Shown: in pieces, positions 1 through 9,485 of the stretch
Position numbering within the stretch: the stretch's first letter is position 1
Layout of the letters: each line of letters starts with the position of its first letter
NCBI GenBank assembly: GCA_044224875.1
Contig: JBGAJQ010000005.1
Location: 1-64,000, forward strand
Reading direction: 5' to 3'
DNA: 64,000 nt
DNA from: Gemmatimonadaceae bacterium
GTDB lineage: Bacteria; Gemmatimonadota; Gemmatimonadetes; Gemmatimonadales; Gemmatimonadaceae
Translations under genes and position numbers: made by a program
Notes under the pieces: generated by a model
Database searches by the model: none
Told to the model about the DNA's origin: nothing
What the model saw: only the letters and a program-made list of their open reading frames with translations

Positions 1-1
1 G

Positions 2-3000
2 GTTGCTGTTCAGGGCGACTCCACCAGCGTCTTTCTGGCCCTTCGGGAGCTCGTCGGGCGACAAACAGGGCAGGGAGAACGGAGCGTCGTGCTCTGGGAC
101 GGCGGGACCGCGCTGGCGTGGGCGGGCGTGACGCGCATTCCGGTCGAGCGCTTGTTAGGTGCCGGCGGTGTCGAGTTCACGACGTTCTACTCGGCGGTCT
201 ACGTGGCGGCAGCCAAGGGGAGTCGTCGCGCCGTCGCTGTTGAGCTCTTGCACGCCGACCCGCCAGCCGACGCGTTAGGCCGAGCACTGGATCGTCATGT
301 GGCGGACGATGTGGGGTTGCGTGGCTTCGAGATGGTACGCGGACCACGCGACCGCGACGGATGGACGACGATTCCGGTGTTGACCGACTCGCTGGCCGTT
401 CGCGCCAACGCCAGGTCGCCAGGCGAGTCGCGTCAGTTGGCCCATGACGAGGCGGCCTTGTGGGGTGCAACGTGGATCGGTCTGGCGTTGATGTGCTTCC
501 TGGTAACGACGTGGCGACGCCCCGCCGGTCTGCAACAGCGCTTGGTCTCGTTGGGAGCGGTGTTGGTGGCGATTGCGGTGGTGCCGCTGTCCTCGTTCTC
601 GAACCTGACGCGTCTGTTTGATGCTGGAGCGTACTTCGCGCCGTTCGGCGGACCGTTTACCGCAAGCGCGGGAGCCCTCGGCATAACGAGCGCGGCCGCG
701 CTCGCGGGATTCTTCGCCATTCAGCGTTCGCGCCGGCAGCTGGCTACGCGCCGCCTGTCCATGCTGGTGGTGTTGGTGATTGCTGCCCTCGGGCCGTTCC
801 TTCTGCGCGACCTGTCGCGCGGGATCTCACCGCCACCGCGGGGGGTCACCACCAGCCTGTGGCTGAGTTGGCAGGTGGCGCTCTTTCTTGCCGGTTCGGC
901 GTTGCTCCTGGCGGGAGTAAGTGCGGGGCGCATTGCGCTTGGCGCGCGGCGCGGGATTTCCCCCGTGGTGGCATCCATGCTGGCCGCCATCTCGGCGCTC
1001 CTTGGGCCACTGCTGTGGGAAGTGCCCGGCTCCTGGCCCGGTTGGTATCCGATTCCGTGGGTGCTGGCGATGGGCGCCCTCGCCCTGTCGCGTCGTTCCA
1101 AGGCGGTGGTGATCAGCGCGGCGATCGTGGCTGCGTGCGGAGCCACCACGCTGGTGTGGGGCGCCACCGCTCGCAAACGGGTGGAGCTGGCGGAGCGCGA
1201 CGTCCAGCGGCTGTCGTCGGTGGACTCCGTGGCTCTCCAACTGCTGGAGCGATTTGCCAACGACCTGCGCATACGCACACCGCCGGTAGAGCGTGAGGAG
1301 CTACTGCAGCGCTACGTACGCTCTGACCTGGCGGCGGGCGGGTATCCGGTCGAGTTGAGCAGTTGGCTGCCCGGATCCTCGCAGCCGTATGCGTCGCTGC
1401 AGATCGCCAACTTCGAACATCGCCGGGAAGGCGAGCGCGAACTGGCGGCGGACGCCCGAACCACGGGCCGGCCGGTCATTCGCCGCGATTCGGCGACTTA
1501 TGGCATACAGTTGATGCTGGCGGTGCCGCACGATGACGAAGGCGTGACCACGGTGATCGTAGCGCCGCGCACACTCCTCATTCCCAACGATCCCTACATG
1601 TCGCTGCTGGGGCTGGGAACGGGCGAAGACCCGGCGGCGCCGTACGAGGTCACGCTCACGGCCCTCGATGCCCCGTCGACGCTCCCGGCCACGCCGCGCT
1701 GGCAGCGCAAGGGGAATGAACTCCATGGCGACGCCACCGTGCCGGCGGCCAGCCGACCCGCGCGAGTGCACCTCGAGGTCGACCTGCGGGGACTGGATAC
1801 CCTGTTTCCCCGGGGTGTGCTGATTGTTCTCCTCGACCTGCTCATTCTTTCCATTCTGTGGATCCTGACGGTGACCGCCGACGGTGGGGTCGGCCGTTGG
1901 CTGAAGCATCGCCTGGCCGCGTTCACGCGCAGCTATCGGGCGCGACTGACCGTGACGTTGTTCAGCTTCTTCGTGTTGCCGGCCACCGTGTTTGGCGGAT
2001 GGTCGTACCTGCGTCTCCAAACGAACGACCGCCAGTCACGGGAACTGCTGGTGCGGGAAACACTGCGCTCCATTTCGGCCACCGGCGATCCGTTGGTGCT
2101 CGCCTATGAATCCGGTCGATTGCGCACGCCCCTCTTCCTGTACGCAGACGGATCGTTGCGTGGCGTCAGCGACCCACTGTACGATCGTCTGTCGCCGATC
2201 GGTCGGTACTTGCCACCGACCGTGGCCCGGCTGTTTGCCGCGGAGGACGAGGTGAACGCGAGCGAGCGCGTATTGGTCGGGTCGAGGAGCACGCTGTTTG
2301 GCTATCGTGCAGTGCTGGGATTGGGTGAGGCACGTGGCGCGGTTCTCGCCGCACCGGCCCGTGTGACGGAGGAAGTGCTGGATCGGCAACGGCGCGACCT
2401 GGGCATTCTGGTGCTGTTTGCTATCGCGTTAGGCGCGCTGGCTGCGCTGTGGCTGAGCGGGTTGGCCGCCCGCGAATTGGAGCGACCGATCGGCGCCCTG
2501 CGCTTTGCCGCGCTGGAAATTGCCCGCGGGCGCCGCCATCCGGAGATGTCGGTGACGCCGCCAGCGGAATTTCTTCCGGTGTTCAGTGCATTCCGGCGCA
2601 TGGACGACGACCTTGCCGCGAGCCGGGAGGCACTCGAAGCGGCCCAGCGACAGACGGAAGCGGTGTTGCGCAACGTTGCCTCGGGGGTGATAGCCGTCAG
2701 CCGCGACGCGCGTGTGGTGCTCGCCAACCCACGAGCCGAAGAACTGCTGGGGCGAACGCTACCCCCCGGCATGGACATGGATGCCGCGGCCATTCCCACA
2801 CTCGCGGCACAGGTTCGCCAGTTCATGCCGAACGCCCACGACGACGAGTCGTTCGACGTGGAGTTTCGCGGTCGTCAGCTGCGTGCCAACCTCACGCGGC
2901 TCACGCGCGGTGCCGGCGGTGCGGTCCTGACGCTCGACGACGTGACGGAAGTGGCCAGGGCGCAGCGGGTGCTGGCGTGGGGAGAGATGGCGCGCCAGGT

Positions 3001-3637
3001 GGCACACGAGATCAAGAATCCCCTCACTCCGATTCGTCTGGGCGTTCAACACCTGCGTCGCGCGCGCTTGGACAAACGCGTCGACTTCGAACGCATCTTC
3101 GAGCAGAATGTGACCCGCATACTCGCCGAGATCGACCGACTGGACGAGATTGCGCGTGCCTTTAGCCGCTACGGCATGGCGCCCGCCGACCGTTCACCCG
3201 CGCGCACGGTGGACGTGGCGGCGATCGTGCGGGATGTCGTGGAGCTGGAGCGCATGGGGGAAAGCGTCGTGACGTGGGATGTGGAGGGCGCCGGTGCGCC
3301 CGTGCTGGTGCAGGCGACGGAGGACGAACTGCGCGAGGTGCTCCTGAATGTGTTCGAGAACGCTCGACAAGCGCAGGCCACGCGCGTGGACGTACGAATG
3401 ATGGCTGGCGACGACGGCGTGCACGTCGACATTCGGGATAACGGCGTGGGCATGCCGGACGATGTCTTGCGCCGCATATTCGAACCGCACTTTTCGACAC
3501 GCACGAGCGGCAGCGGGCTGGGGCTCGCCATCAGCCGTGGGCTCGTCCGTGGGTGGGGCGGCGAGATGAGCGTGCAGAGTACCGCAGGCGCTGGCACGGT
3601 GATGCGCCTGACGCTTCTTGCGGCCGTCTCCGGTTAA
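2..3637 (+). CDS. Large multi-TM sensor histidine kinase (HAMP-PAS-HisKA-HATPase, NtrY-like C-terminus); 5' end lies outside the window
   Basis: Frame is open from base 2. Many TM segments; H-box MARQVAHEIKNPLTPI, N-box NVFENA, G1 DNGVGM, F-box FEPHFST, G2 GSGLGL. Confidence 0.9.
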   Translation, partial: VAVQGDSTSVFLALRELVGRQTGQGERSVVLWDGGTALAWAGVTRIPVERLLGAGGVEFTTFYSAVYVAAAKGSRRAVAVELLHADPPADALGRALDRHVADDVGLRGFEMVRGPRDRDGWTTIPVLTDSLAVRANARSPGESRQLAHDEAALWGATWIGLALMCFLVTTWRRPAGLQQRLVSLGAVLVAIAVVPLSSFSNLTRLFDAGAYFAPFGGPFTASAGALGITSAAALAGFFAIQRSRRQLATRRLSMLVVLVIAALGPFLLRDLSRGISPPPRGVTTSLWLSWQVALFLAGSALLLAGVSAGRIALGARRGISPVVASMLAAISALLGPLLWEVPGSWPGWYPIPWVLAMGALALSRRSKAVVISAAIVAACGATTLVWGATARKRVELAERDVQRLSSVDSVALQLLERFANDLRIRTPPVEREELLQRYVRSDLAAGGYPVELSSWLPGSSQPYASLQIANFEHRREGERELAADARTTGRPVIRRDSATYGIQLMLAVPHDDEGVTTVIVAPRTLLIPNDPYMSLLGLGTGEDPAAPYEVTLTALDAPSTLPATPRWQRKGNELHGDATVPAASRPARVHLEVDLRGLDTLFPRGVLIVLLDLLILSILWILTVTADGGVGRWLKHRLAAFTRSYRARLTVTLFSFFVLPATVFGGWSYLRLQTNDRQSRELLVRETLRSISATGDPLVLAYESGRLRTPLFLYADGSLRGVSDPLYDRLSPIGRYLPPTVARLFAAEDEVNASERVLVGSRSTLFGYRAVLGLGEARGAVLAAPARVTEEVLDRQRRDLGILVLFAIALGALAALWLSGLAARELERPIGALRFAALEIARGRRHPEMSVTPPAEFLPVFSAFRRMDDDLAASREALEAAQRQTEAVLRNVASGVIAVSRDARVVLANPRAEELLGRTLPPGMDMDAAAIPTLAAQVRQFMPNAHDDESFDVEFRGRQLRANLTRLTRGAGGAVLTLDDVTEVARAQRVLAWGEMARQVAHEIKNPLTPIRLGVQHLRRARLDKRVDFERIFEQNVTRILAEIDRLDEIARAFSRYGMAPADRSPARTVDVAAIVRDVVELERMGESVVTWDVEGAGAPVLVQATEDELREVLLNVFENARQAQATRVDVRMMAGDDGVHVDIRDNGVGMPDDVLRRIFEPHFSTRTSGSGLGLAISRGLVRGWGGEMSVQSTAGAGTVMRLTLLAAVSG

Positions 3638-3646
3638 GTTTCTCGT

Positions 3647-5437
3647 ATGTCAGTCACACCGTATGGCGGCGTGCGTGCCGCGTCGCGATCGACTGGGGGT
3701 GACCGTCCCAATCGCGTGGCGCATGAGTTGCCGCCTCACCTTCAGGGCTGGCAGCTCCCCCCAGACTGGCGGTGGGGCAGTGAAGGGGTGCATATGGAGT
3801 TCCGCCACTCGCAAGAGGTGGTCGACGCGTTAGGCCGCTCGCTGGCGCTGGTGTCGGCGCCTGACGCCTCGCACACCGAGTGGCTGGCCGCGGAGGCTCG
3901 GCATCTTGCCCACCGGAATCACCCCTCGATCCCGACCACGTACCACTACTGGCCCTTGCACCCGGACTCGCGACGTGGGCCGGGGTACCTCCGCCGCTGG
4001 ATCACCGCGGAATCGATCGGTGCGCGCGTGCGCCGGACCGGCCCCGAGGCGCTGCCTAACGTCCTGCGAATCTTGCGGGCCGTGGGGTCGACCCTGGCCT
4101 ACCTGCACGATGCTGGATCGCCGCATGGCGGCGTGTCGCCCGAGACCATCTGGGCAGCGCCCACGTGGCGCATCTGGATGCTGGGGTGGCAATGGGCCGT
4201 GCCACGCAATGACGTCCCCGAGGGCATCGGGCCGGACCCGACCTGGACGCCGTGTCCGCCGGAGTGGCGTGGACGCCGATGGGCGCCGTCAGCCCAGTCC
4301 GACCAATGGCAGTTGGCGGCCGCGTGTTTCTTTGCCCTGACGGGCGAGCGTCCGCCCGAGAAGGACCTCCCACCGGTGCAGCTGGTGCGTCCCGAGACGC
4401 CGCTGGCGTTGGCAAAGGTGCTGGACACGGCGCTACGCGATGACCCGGAGGCCCGATATCCGTCGGTGCCCGCGATGATGCGCGCGCTCGAACGCGCCGG
4501 CGGCGGCCGCAACATCCTGGTCAGTGGCGCGGATGTACCGGCCATGAACTCGGACGAGGCGCGTCTTCGCTGGGCCGTCGGCGATGATTATGACGTGCTG
4601 GGGTTCCTGGGGCGCGGCACCTTCGGCAACGTGTGGCGTGTGCGAGACTTGGCGCTGGAGCGGGAGGTGGCGCTGAAGATGTTGCACCCGGCGGTCGCGC
4701 AGGACGAGTTGGCGGTCGCCCGTTTTCGGCGCGAGGCGCGGTTGGCGGCGCAGTTGGCCCATCCGGCCATCATCCCGATCTTCGACTTCGACTCGCGCGG
4801 CGGCGTGTCGTGGTACACCATGGAGCTGGCGGAAGGGGGTTCCGTGGCGGACCTGATTGCCGGTGCCGGTCCGCGCACGTTCGACGAAATCGCGTCGTCT
4901 GTCACGGCGGTGTTGGATGGACTCATGGCAGCGCATGCCAGCGGCATCGTGCATCGCGACCTGAAGCCGGAGAACATCCTCATCGACCGTTACCGGCGCT
5001 GGCGAATTTCTGACTTCGGCATCGCGCGGGGTGAGGAGGAACAGGGTGGCGCCACGGGAACGCCCGCCTTCGCGGCGCCCGAACAGTTGTTAGGCGAGCG
5101 GCAGACGGCGTCGGTTGACTGCTTCGCGGTCGCGGCGATCGTGGCCTACGCTTTGACCGGCGAACCACCGTTTACCGGTGGCGATGAGCGCGCGATCCTC
5201 GCCCAGCAACTGGCCGGTCATTTTGACTACGAGCGCTTCCCGGAACCCTTGGCGGACTGGTTGCGCCACGGCCTCACCGCCGACTTGTCGACGCGCTTTC
5301 CCGATGCGCAATCGATGCGCGACTCGTGGAAGGAGGTGATCGCGGGCTTACGCCGCGACGCGCATCGAGGAGAACGCTGGTGGGAGCGCCTCCTCGGCGC
5401 GCGGATGGACCGTGACGCGGATGGGCGAACGACCTAG
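3647..5437 (+). CDS. Ser/Thr protein kinase with an N-terminal degenerate kinase-like domain
   Basis: C-terminal domain has GRGTFG, VALK, HRDLKPEN, DFG and GTPAFAAPE. N-terminal half has kinase remnants (LAYLH..HGGVSPETI, SDQWQLA, DPEARYPS). Confidence 0.9.
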   Translation: MSVTPYGGVRAASRSTGGDRPNRVAHELPPHLQGWQLPPDWRWGSEGVHMEFRHSQEVVDALGRSLALVSAPDASHTEWLAAEARHLAHRNHPSIPTTYHYWPLHPDSRRGPGYLRRWITAESIGARVRRTGPEALPNVLRILRAVGSTLAYLHDAGSPHGGVSPETIWAAPTWRIWMLGWQWAVPRNDVPEGIGPDPTWTPCPPEWRGRRWAPSAQSDQWQLAAACFFALTGERPPEKDLPPVQLVRPETPLALAKVLDTALRDDPEARYPSVPAMMRALERAGGGRNILVSGADVPAMNSDEARLRWAVGDDYDVLGFLGRGTFGNVWRVRDLALEREVALKMLHPAVAQDELAVARFRREARLAAQLAHPAIIPIFDFDSRGGVSWYTMELAEGGSVADLIAGAGPRTFDEIASSVTAVLDGLMAAHASGIVHRDLKPENILIDRYRRWRISDFGIARGEEEQGGATGTPAFAAPEQLLGERQTASVDCFAVAAIVAYALTGEPPFTGGDERAILAQQLAGHFDYERFPEPLADWLRHGLTADLSTRFPDAQSMRDSWKEVIAGLRRDAHRGERWWERLLGARMDRDADGRTT

Positions 5438-6357
5438 TGCTTCACGCCCCGCGACTTGAGGTCGTCGTAGATCGTTTGTGTCAGCGATTCGCCGGTGATG
5501 AACCCCTTGCCCCACGCGTCGTCCCACTGTGCCGTGGGCTTTTCTGCCAGGACCTGCTTCGTTGACTTGCCTGCCAGCACGCTCTTGAGGATGCGACCCC
5601 GAATCTGCGACATGGCGTCGCGGTAGGCTTGCAGGTCGGCGCGTTTGGCGACGGCGCCGTGTCCCGGGATGAATTGGGTATCGGCATTCGACAGGGCCAA
5701 CGCGCGATCGGCCGCGGCGACGATCCCGTCGATCGTGCCACCGGATGACGTGTCGATGAAGGGATAGCGGCCGTTGAAGAAGGTGTCGCCCATGTGGAGG
5801 ACGTTCGCCTTCTCGTAGAAAATGATCGCGTCTCCGTCGGTGTGTGCAGGCGGGACATGGACCACATAGACCGAGTCACCGTTCAGGTGCAACGTCACGT
5901 CCTGCGTGAAGGTCAGCACCGGAAGGGCCGCATGCGGCGAGGCTGGTACCTTGGTCGTCTGGCCGCCGCGCACCATGGCCTGCTCCACGCTCATTCGCTT
6001 GCGGACATTCTCGTGCGCCACGATCACGGCGCCGGCCTGTCCCATGAGCTCGTTGCCGCCGACGTGATCGCCGTGCCAGTGCGTGTTCACGACGAAACGT
6101 ACCGGCTTTGGCGTCAGCTTCGCGATCGCGGCCTTGATGCGTTCGGAGAGTGGTGCGAACTGGTCGTCCACGATGAACGCGCCGTCGTCGCCAATCGACA
6201 GTCCAATGTTCCCGCCAGATCCAAACAGCACGTAGACGCGCTCGCTAAGCTTCTGCGCCGTGATCTGTACGGTGTCCATCGCCGCTTGCGCGTGCATCCC
6301 CGCCGGCAGTGCGGTCAACGTTAGCGCCATGGTCCAGCGCATCGTTCGGTAGCTCAT
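5434..6357 (-). CDS. Secreted MBL-fold metallo-hydrolase (cyclase-like family)
   Basis: Signal peptide; THWHGDHVGGN, AHTDGD, GD and PGHG motifs. Confidence 0.85.
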   Translation of the reverse strand: MSYRTMRWTMALTLTALPAGMHAQAAMDTVQITAQKLSERVYVLFGSGGNIGLSIGDDGAFIVDDQFAPLSERIKAAIAKLTPKPVRFVVNTHWHGDHVGGNELMGQAGAVIVAHENVRKRMSVEQAMVRGGQTTKVPASPHAALPVLTFTQDVTLHLNGDSVYVVHVPPAHTDGDAIIFYEKANVLHMGDTFFNGRYPFIDTSSGGTIDGIVAAADRALALSNADTQFIPGHGAVAKRADLQAYRDAMSQIRGRILKSVLAGKSTKQVLAEKPTAQWDDAWGKGFITGESLTQTIYDDLKSRGVKH

Positions 6358-6358
6358 G

Positions 6359-7153
6359 TCAGCGATCTCCGTCGAGTAGTCCGCCTAACGCTCCGAGCAC
6401 GCTGCCTTCCTCGCGGCGACCTCCGCCGGCTCGCGGCGCGGCCGCGATGATGCGGTCCGCCAGACGCGAGAAGGGCAGGGTCTGCAGGATGACCTTGCCT
6501 GGGCCCGTCAGCTGCGCAAAGAAGAGTCCCTCGCCGCCGAACAACGCCGTCTTGACGCCAGGGACCATCTGGATGTCGTACGTAACGGAGGACTGCATGG
6601 CCACCAGGCATCCTGTGTCCACCTTCAGGATCTCACCTGACCCCAACATCCTCTCGTGCAGCGTGCCGGAGGCGTGCAGGAACACCACGCCGTCCCCGGT
6701 CAGTCGCTGAAGGATGAAGCCCTCCCCGCCGAAAAACCCGGCGCCAATACGCTTGGTGAATGCGATCGTGACATCCACGCCGCGCGCGCCGCAGAGGAAC
6801 GAGTCTTTTTGGGCAATGAGCTCGCCGCGCCAATCCTTCAGGTCGATCGGCTGGATCTTTCCTGGAAAGGGCGACGCGAATGCCACGTCCCGCCGCTGTG
6901 TGCTCTCGTTATAGAAGATGGTCACGAAGAACGAATCTCCCGAGAGCATGCGCTTACCCGCCTGAAGGAGCTTGTCGACCAACCGCCCGCCACCGCGGCC
7001 GCTTTGGTCCAGCGTGGTGGCCATGCGCACACCGTCTTGCATGAACATCATCGCACCGGCCTCCGCAACAACCGCCTCACCCGGATCCAGGGTCACGATG
7101 ACGCCTTGCAGGTCATCGCCAATGATCTGATAGTCGATCTCGTCCGCTTGCAT
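6359..7153 (-). CDS. TIGR00266/AIM24 family protein
   Basis: AEAGAM, GFFGGEGFILQRL and LFGGEGLFFAQLTGPGKVILQTLP motifs; ATG at 7153 chosen as start. Confidence 0.85.
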   Translation of the reverse strand: MQADEIDYQIIGDDLQGVIVTLDPGEAVVAEAGAMMFMQDGVRMATTLDQSGRGGGRLVDKLLQAGKRMLSGDSFFVTIFYNESTQRRDVAFASPFPGKIQPIDLKDWRGELIAQKDSFLCGARGVDVTIAFTKRIGAGFFGGEGFILQRLTGDGVVFLHASGTLHERMLGSGEILKVDTGCLVAMQSSVTYDIQMVPGVKTALFGGEGLFFAQLTGPGKVILQTLPFSRLADRIIAAAPRAGGGRREEGSVLGALGGLLDGDR

Positions 7154-7348
7154 CGATCTCTCCAAGGGGAAGGTGGGACTCGCATAAGCAAATGACGGGT
7201 GCGCGTGAGCGGTAGACCCGTTCGGGGAACCTTCCCGTCGCGGATGCGATTGTGACCTTCGTGCGCGCGGCGACCGGCCGCGCGTGGTTCAGGCACACGG
7301 CGCTTCGACTGAGGGTCAACTGTGGGGGAACCCGAGGAATCCGAGCGA

Positions 7349-8095
7349 ATGGCGAAGGGAACCCAGCCGCCGGCCAAGAGACACCATTGGGTGGTGCGAC
7401 TAACCCACTGGGTCAACGTGGTCGCCCTCGCTGGCATGGTCGGTAGCGGGCTCAGGATCTTCAACGCCTATCCCGCGTTCGCGCCGCGAGGCGAGTCCTT
7501 CTGCTGCTATCCGTTCGAAGGGACGGCCATTCCGGCCTGGCTGACGTTCGGTGGATGGTTAGGCGGCGCGCGCCACTGGCACTTCGCCATGATGTGGTTG
7601 CTCTTCGCCAACGGACTACTCTACGTGGCGTTCGTGTACCTGCACGGTGAATGGCGAGACCTGGTGCCGCGGCATGGGGACTTGCGCGACGCCTGGCAGA
7701 TGGTGCGGTTTTACCTGACGATCCGGCGGGATCACCCGCGGCAGGGCAAGCACAACGCCCTGCAAAAGGGCACCTACTTCATTCTCCCCTATCTTGGTGC
7801 CGCGGCCGTGCTCACCGGTGTGGCGATCTGGAAGCCCGTTCAGCTGTCGTGGCTGACGGCACTCTTCGGCGGGTACGTATGGGCGCGGTACTGGCACTTT
7901 CTGGTCATGCTCGCGCTCGTTGGACTGTCTGCCGTGCACGTTTTCATGGTGTTCGCCGTGGACCCCTATTCCCTGCGCGGCATGCTGACGGGTGGCTACG
8001 ACCCGGCCACGTCACCGGAAGCGCGCAACGCACGCCCATTCTCGTGGCGCCGCGCTCCAAAACAACAGGCCACCGCCGATCATGCAGCGACGTGA
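7349..8095 (+). CDS. Membrane cytochrome b subunit (Ni-hydrogenase/thiosulfate reductase type)
   Basis: RLTHWVN, RHWHF, KHNALQK and RYWHF..HV heme-ligand His pattern; 4 TM segments. Confidence 0.85.
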   Translation: MAKGTQPPAKRHHWVVRLTHWVNVVALAGMVGSGLRIFNAYPAFAPRGESFCCYPFEGTAIPAWLTFGGWLGGARHWHFAMMWLLFANGLLYVAFVYLHGEWRDLVPRHGDLRDAWQMVRFYLTIRRDHPRQGKHNALQKGTYFILPYLGAAAVLTGVAIWKPVQLSWLTALFGGYVWARYWHFLVMLALVGLSAVHVFMVFAVDPYSLRGMLTGGYDPATSPEARNARPFSWRRAPKQQATADHAAT

Positions 8096-8789
8096 CTTCC
8101 TGGCCGCCCTCGGCCTCACCACCACGGCCGCCTTTCTGGAGGCGTGCAACGCCTCCGGACCGTCCTCCGCCCGACCCCTGCTGGCATTCGCCACGGAAAA
8201 AAACGAACGTCTCGAGCGTTGGTTGTTGCGCACTTCTTCGCGCGATCGACTGGCCTCCGATGCGCGGTTATCGGGATCCGCCTTTCCACGATACTTCGTC
8301 TCGGACGAACTCCCGGTCTGGGACCCCGCGGTTCGTGGTGTATGGTCGTTGGAGGTGACGGGAGCGGTGAAGCGCCCCCTGCGACTTACTCTAGAGGACC
8401 TCCAGCGCCTGAGGACCACCACGCAACGCGTGCACCACTACTGTGTGGAAGGCTGGACGGCGCACGCGGAGTGGACCGGCGTGCGGTTCAGCGACCTCGC
8501 GCGCGTGGTGGAACCACTGCCGGACGCCGGCTACGTCGACTTCCAGTCCTTCGACGACGCGTACCACGAGTCATGGGACATGGAAAGCGCCATGCATCCC
8601 CAAACGCTGATCGCCTACGCGATGGATGGGCGATTCCTGAATGCGGGGCACGGAGCGCCGGCCCGGGTGCACTCTCCAGTGAAGCTGGGCTACAAGAACA
8701 CCAAGTACCTCACGAAAATCGTATTCATGCCCCAGCGAAACGGGGGGTATTGGTCCGATCGAGGTTACGAGTGGTACGGCGGCGTGTGA
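8082..8789 (+). CDS. Sulfite-oxidase-family molybdopterin oxidoreductase (MsrP/YedY-like), Tat-exported
   Basis: MQRRDFL Tat motif; HYCVEGW (Mo Cys), WTGV and HGAPARV..KLGYKNTK; overlaps the cytochrome b gene. Confidence 0.85.
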   Translation: MQRRDFLAALGLTTTAAFLEACNASGPSSARPLLAFATEKNERLERWLLRTSSRDRLASDARLSGSAFPRYFVSDELPVWDPAVRGVWSLEVTGAVKRPLRLTLEDLQRLRTTTQRVHHYCVEGWTAHAEWTGVRFSDLARVVEPLPDAGYVDFQSFDDAYHESWDMESAMHPQTLIAYAMDGRFLNAGHGAPARVHSPVKLGYKNTKYLTKIVFMPQRNGGYWSDRGYEWYGGV

Positions 8790-8924
8790 GGCGTTGCTCG
8801 AGTTGCCTAGCCCTTCACGAGGTCCCAACCACTCCCTAGCTTGGCTGTCATGGCAATTCGAGCACGACTTCCTCGAAGCTCCGATATTCTGCGCCAGGTC
8901 GATCGAGCGGAGCCCACGTCAGTG

Positions 8925-9485
8925 ATGCGGAGTTCGCTGGACGCCGGCGTCGTCCGCTGGACGCTCCTGATTCTCCTCTGTAGCTGTCAGCGCGAGACGA
9001 AGCAGGCCATCCGTGATTCGGCGGTCGCTGCTTCGCCGGCGGTTGCCGCAGCGCAGTCTCAGCCGAGTACCATGCAGACGCCGCCGGTGGGCGGTGGCAA
9101 TGTGTGCCCGAACTGGGGAAAATGGGAACCGTGCAATGTCGAGAACCGACTCTCGCGTGCAGGGCTCAGTTTCAAGCGCACGGAGAACGTGATCAGGTAC
9201 GACTTCCTGCAAGTGCCCGGCATTGAATACGAGACGCCCGTCGCCAAGATCCAGGTCTTCATTTACCCGGATCAGGCGGCCCGAACAGCGGACTCGGACA
9301 AGCTCGACTCGGAGACTGCATCTCCGAAAGACAAGCGCTTCTACTACAAGGAACCCGCGGTACTGGTAACGACGATTAACCTGACGGCGATCGTCATCAC
9401 GCTGAACGAGCGGCAGGCAGAGCGGATCAGTGATGCGCTGGGCGCCGGACTACCTGCCGATCCCCCCGAAGGCAAGAAACACTAG
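8925..9485 (+). CDS. Hypothetical exported protein or lipoprotein
   Basis: Hydrophobic stretch ending LLCSC, then an Ala/Pro linker and a globular C-terminus; start uncertain. Confidence 0.6.
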   Translation: MRSSLDAGVVRWTLLILLCSCQRETKQAIRDSAVAASPAVAAAQSQPSTMQTPPVGGGNVCPNWGKWEPCNVENRLSRAGLSFKRTENVIRYDFLQVPGIEYETPVAKIQVFIYPDQAARTADSDKLDSETASPKDKRFYYKEPAVLVTTINLTAIVITLNERQAERISDALGAGLPADPPEGKKH

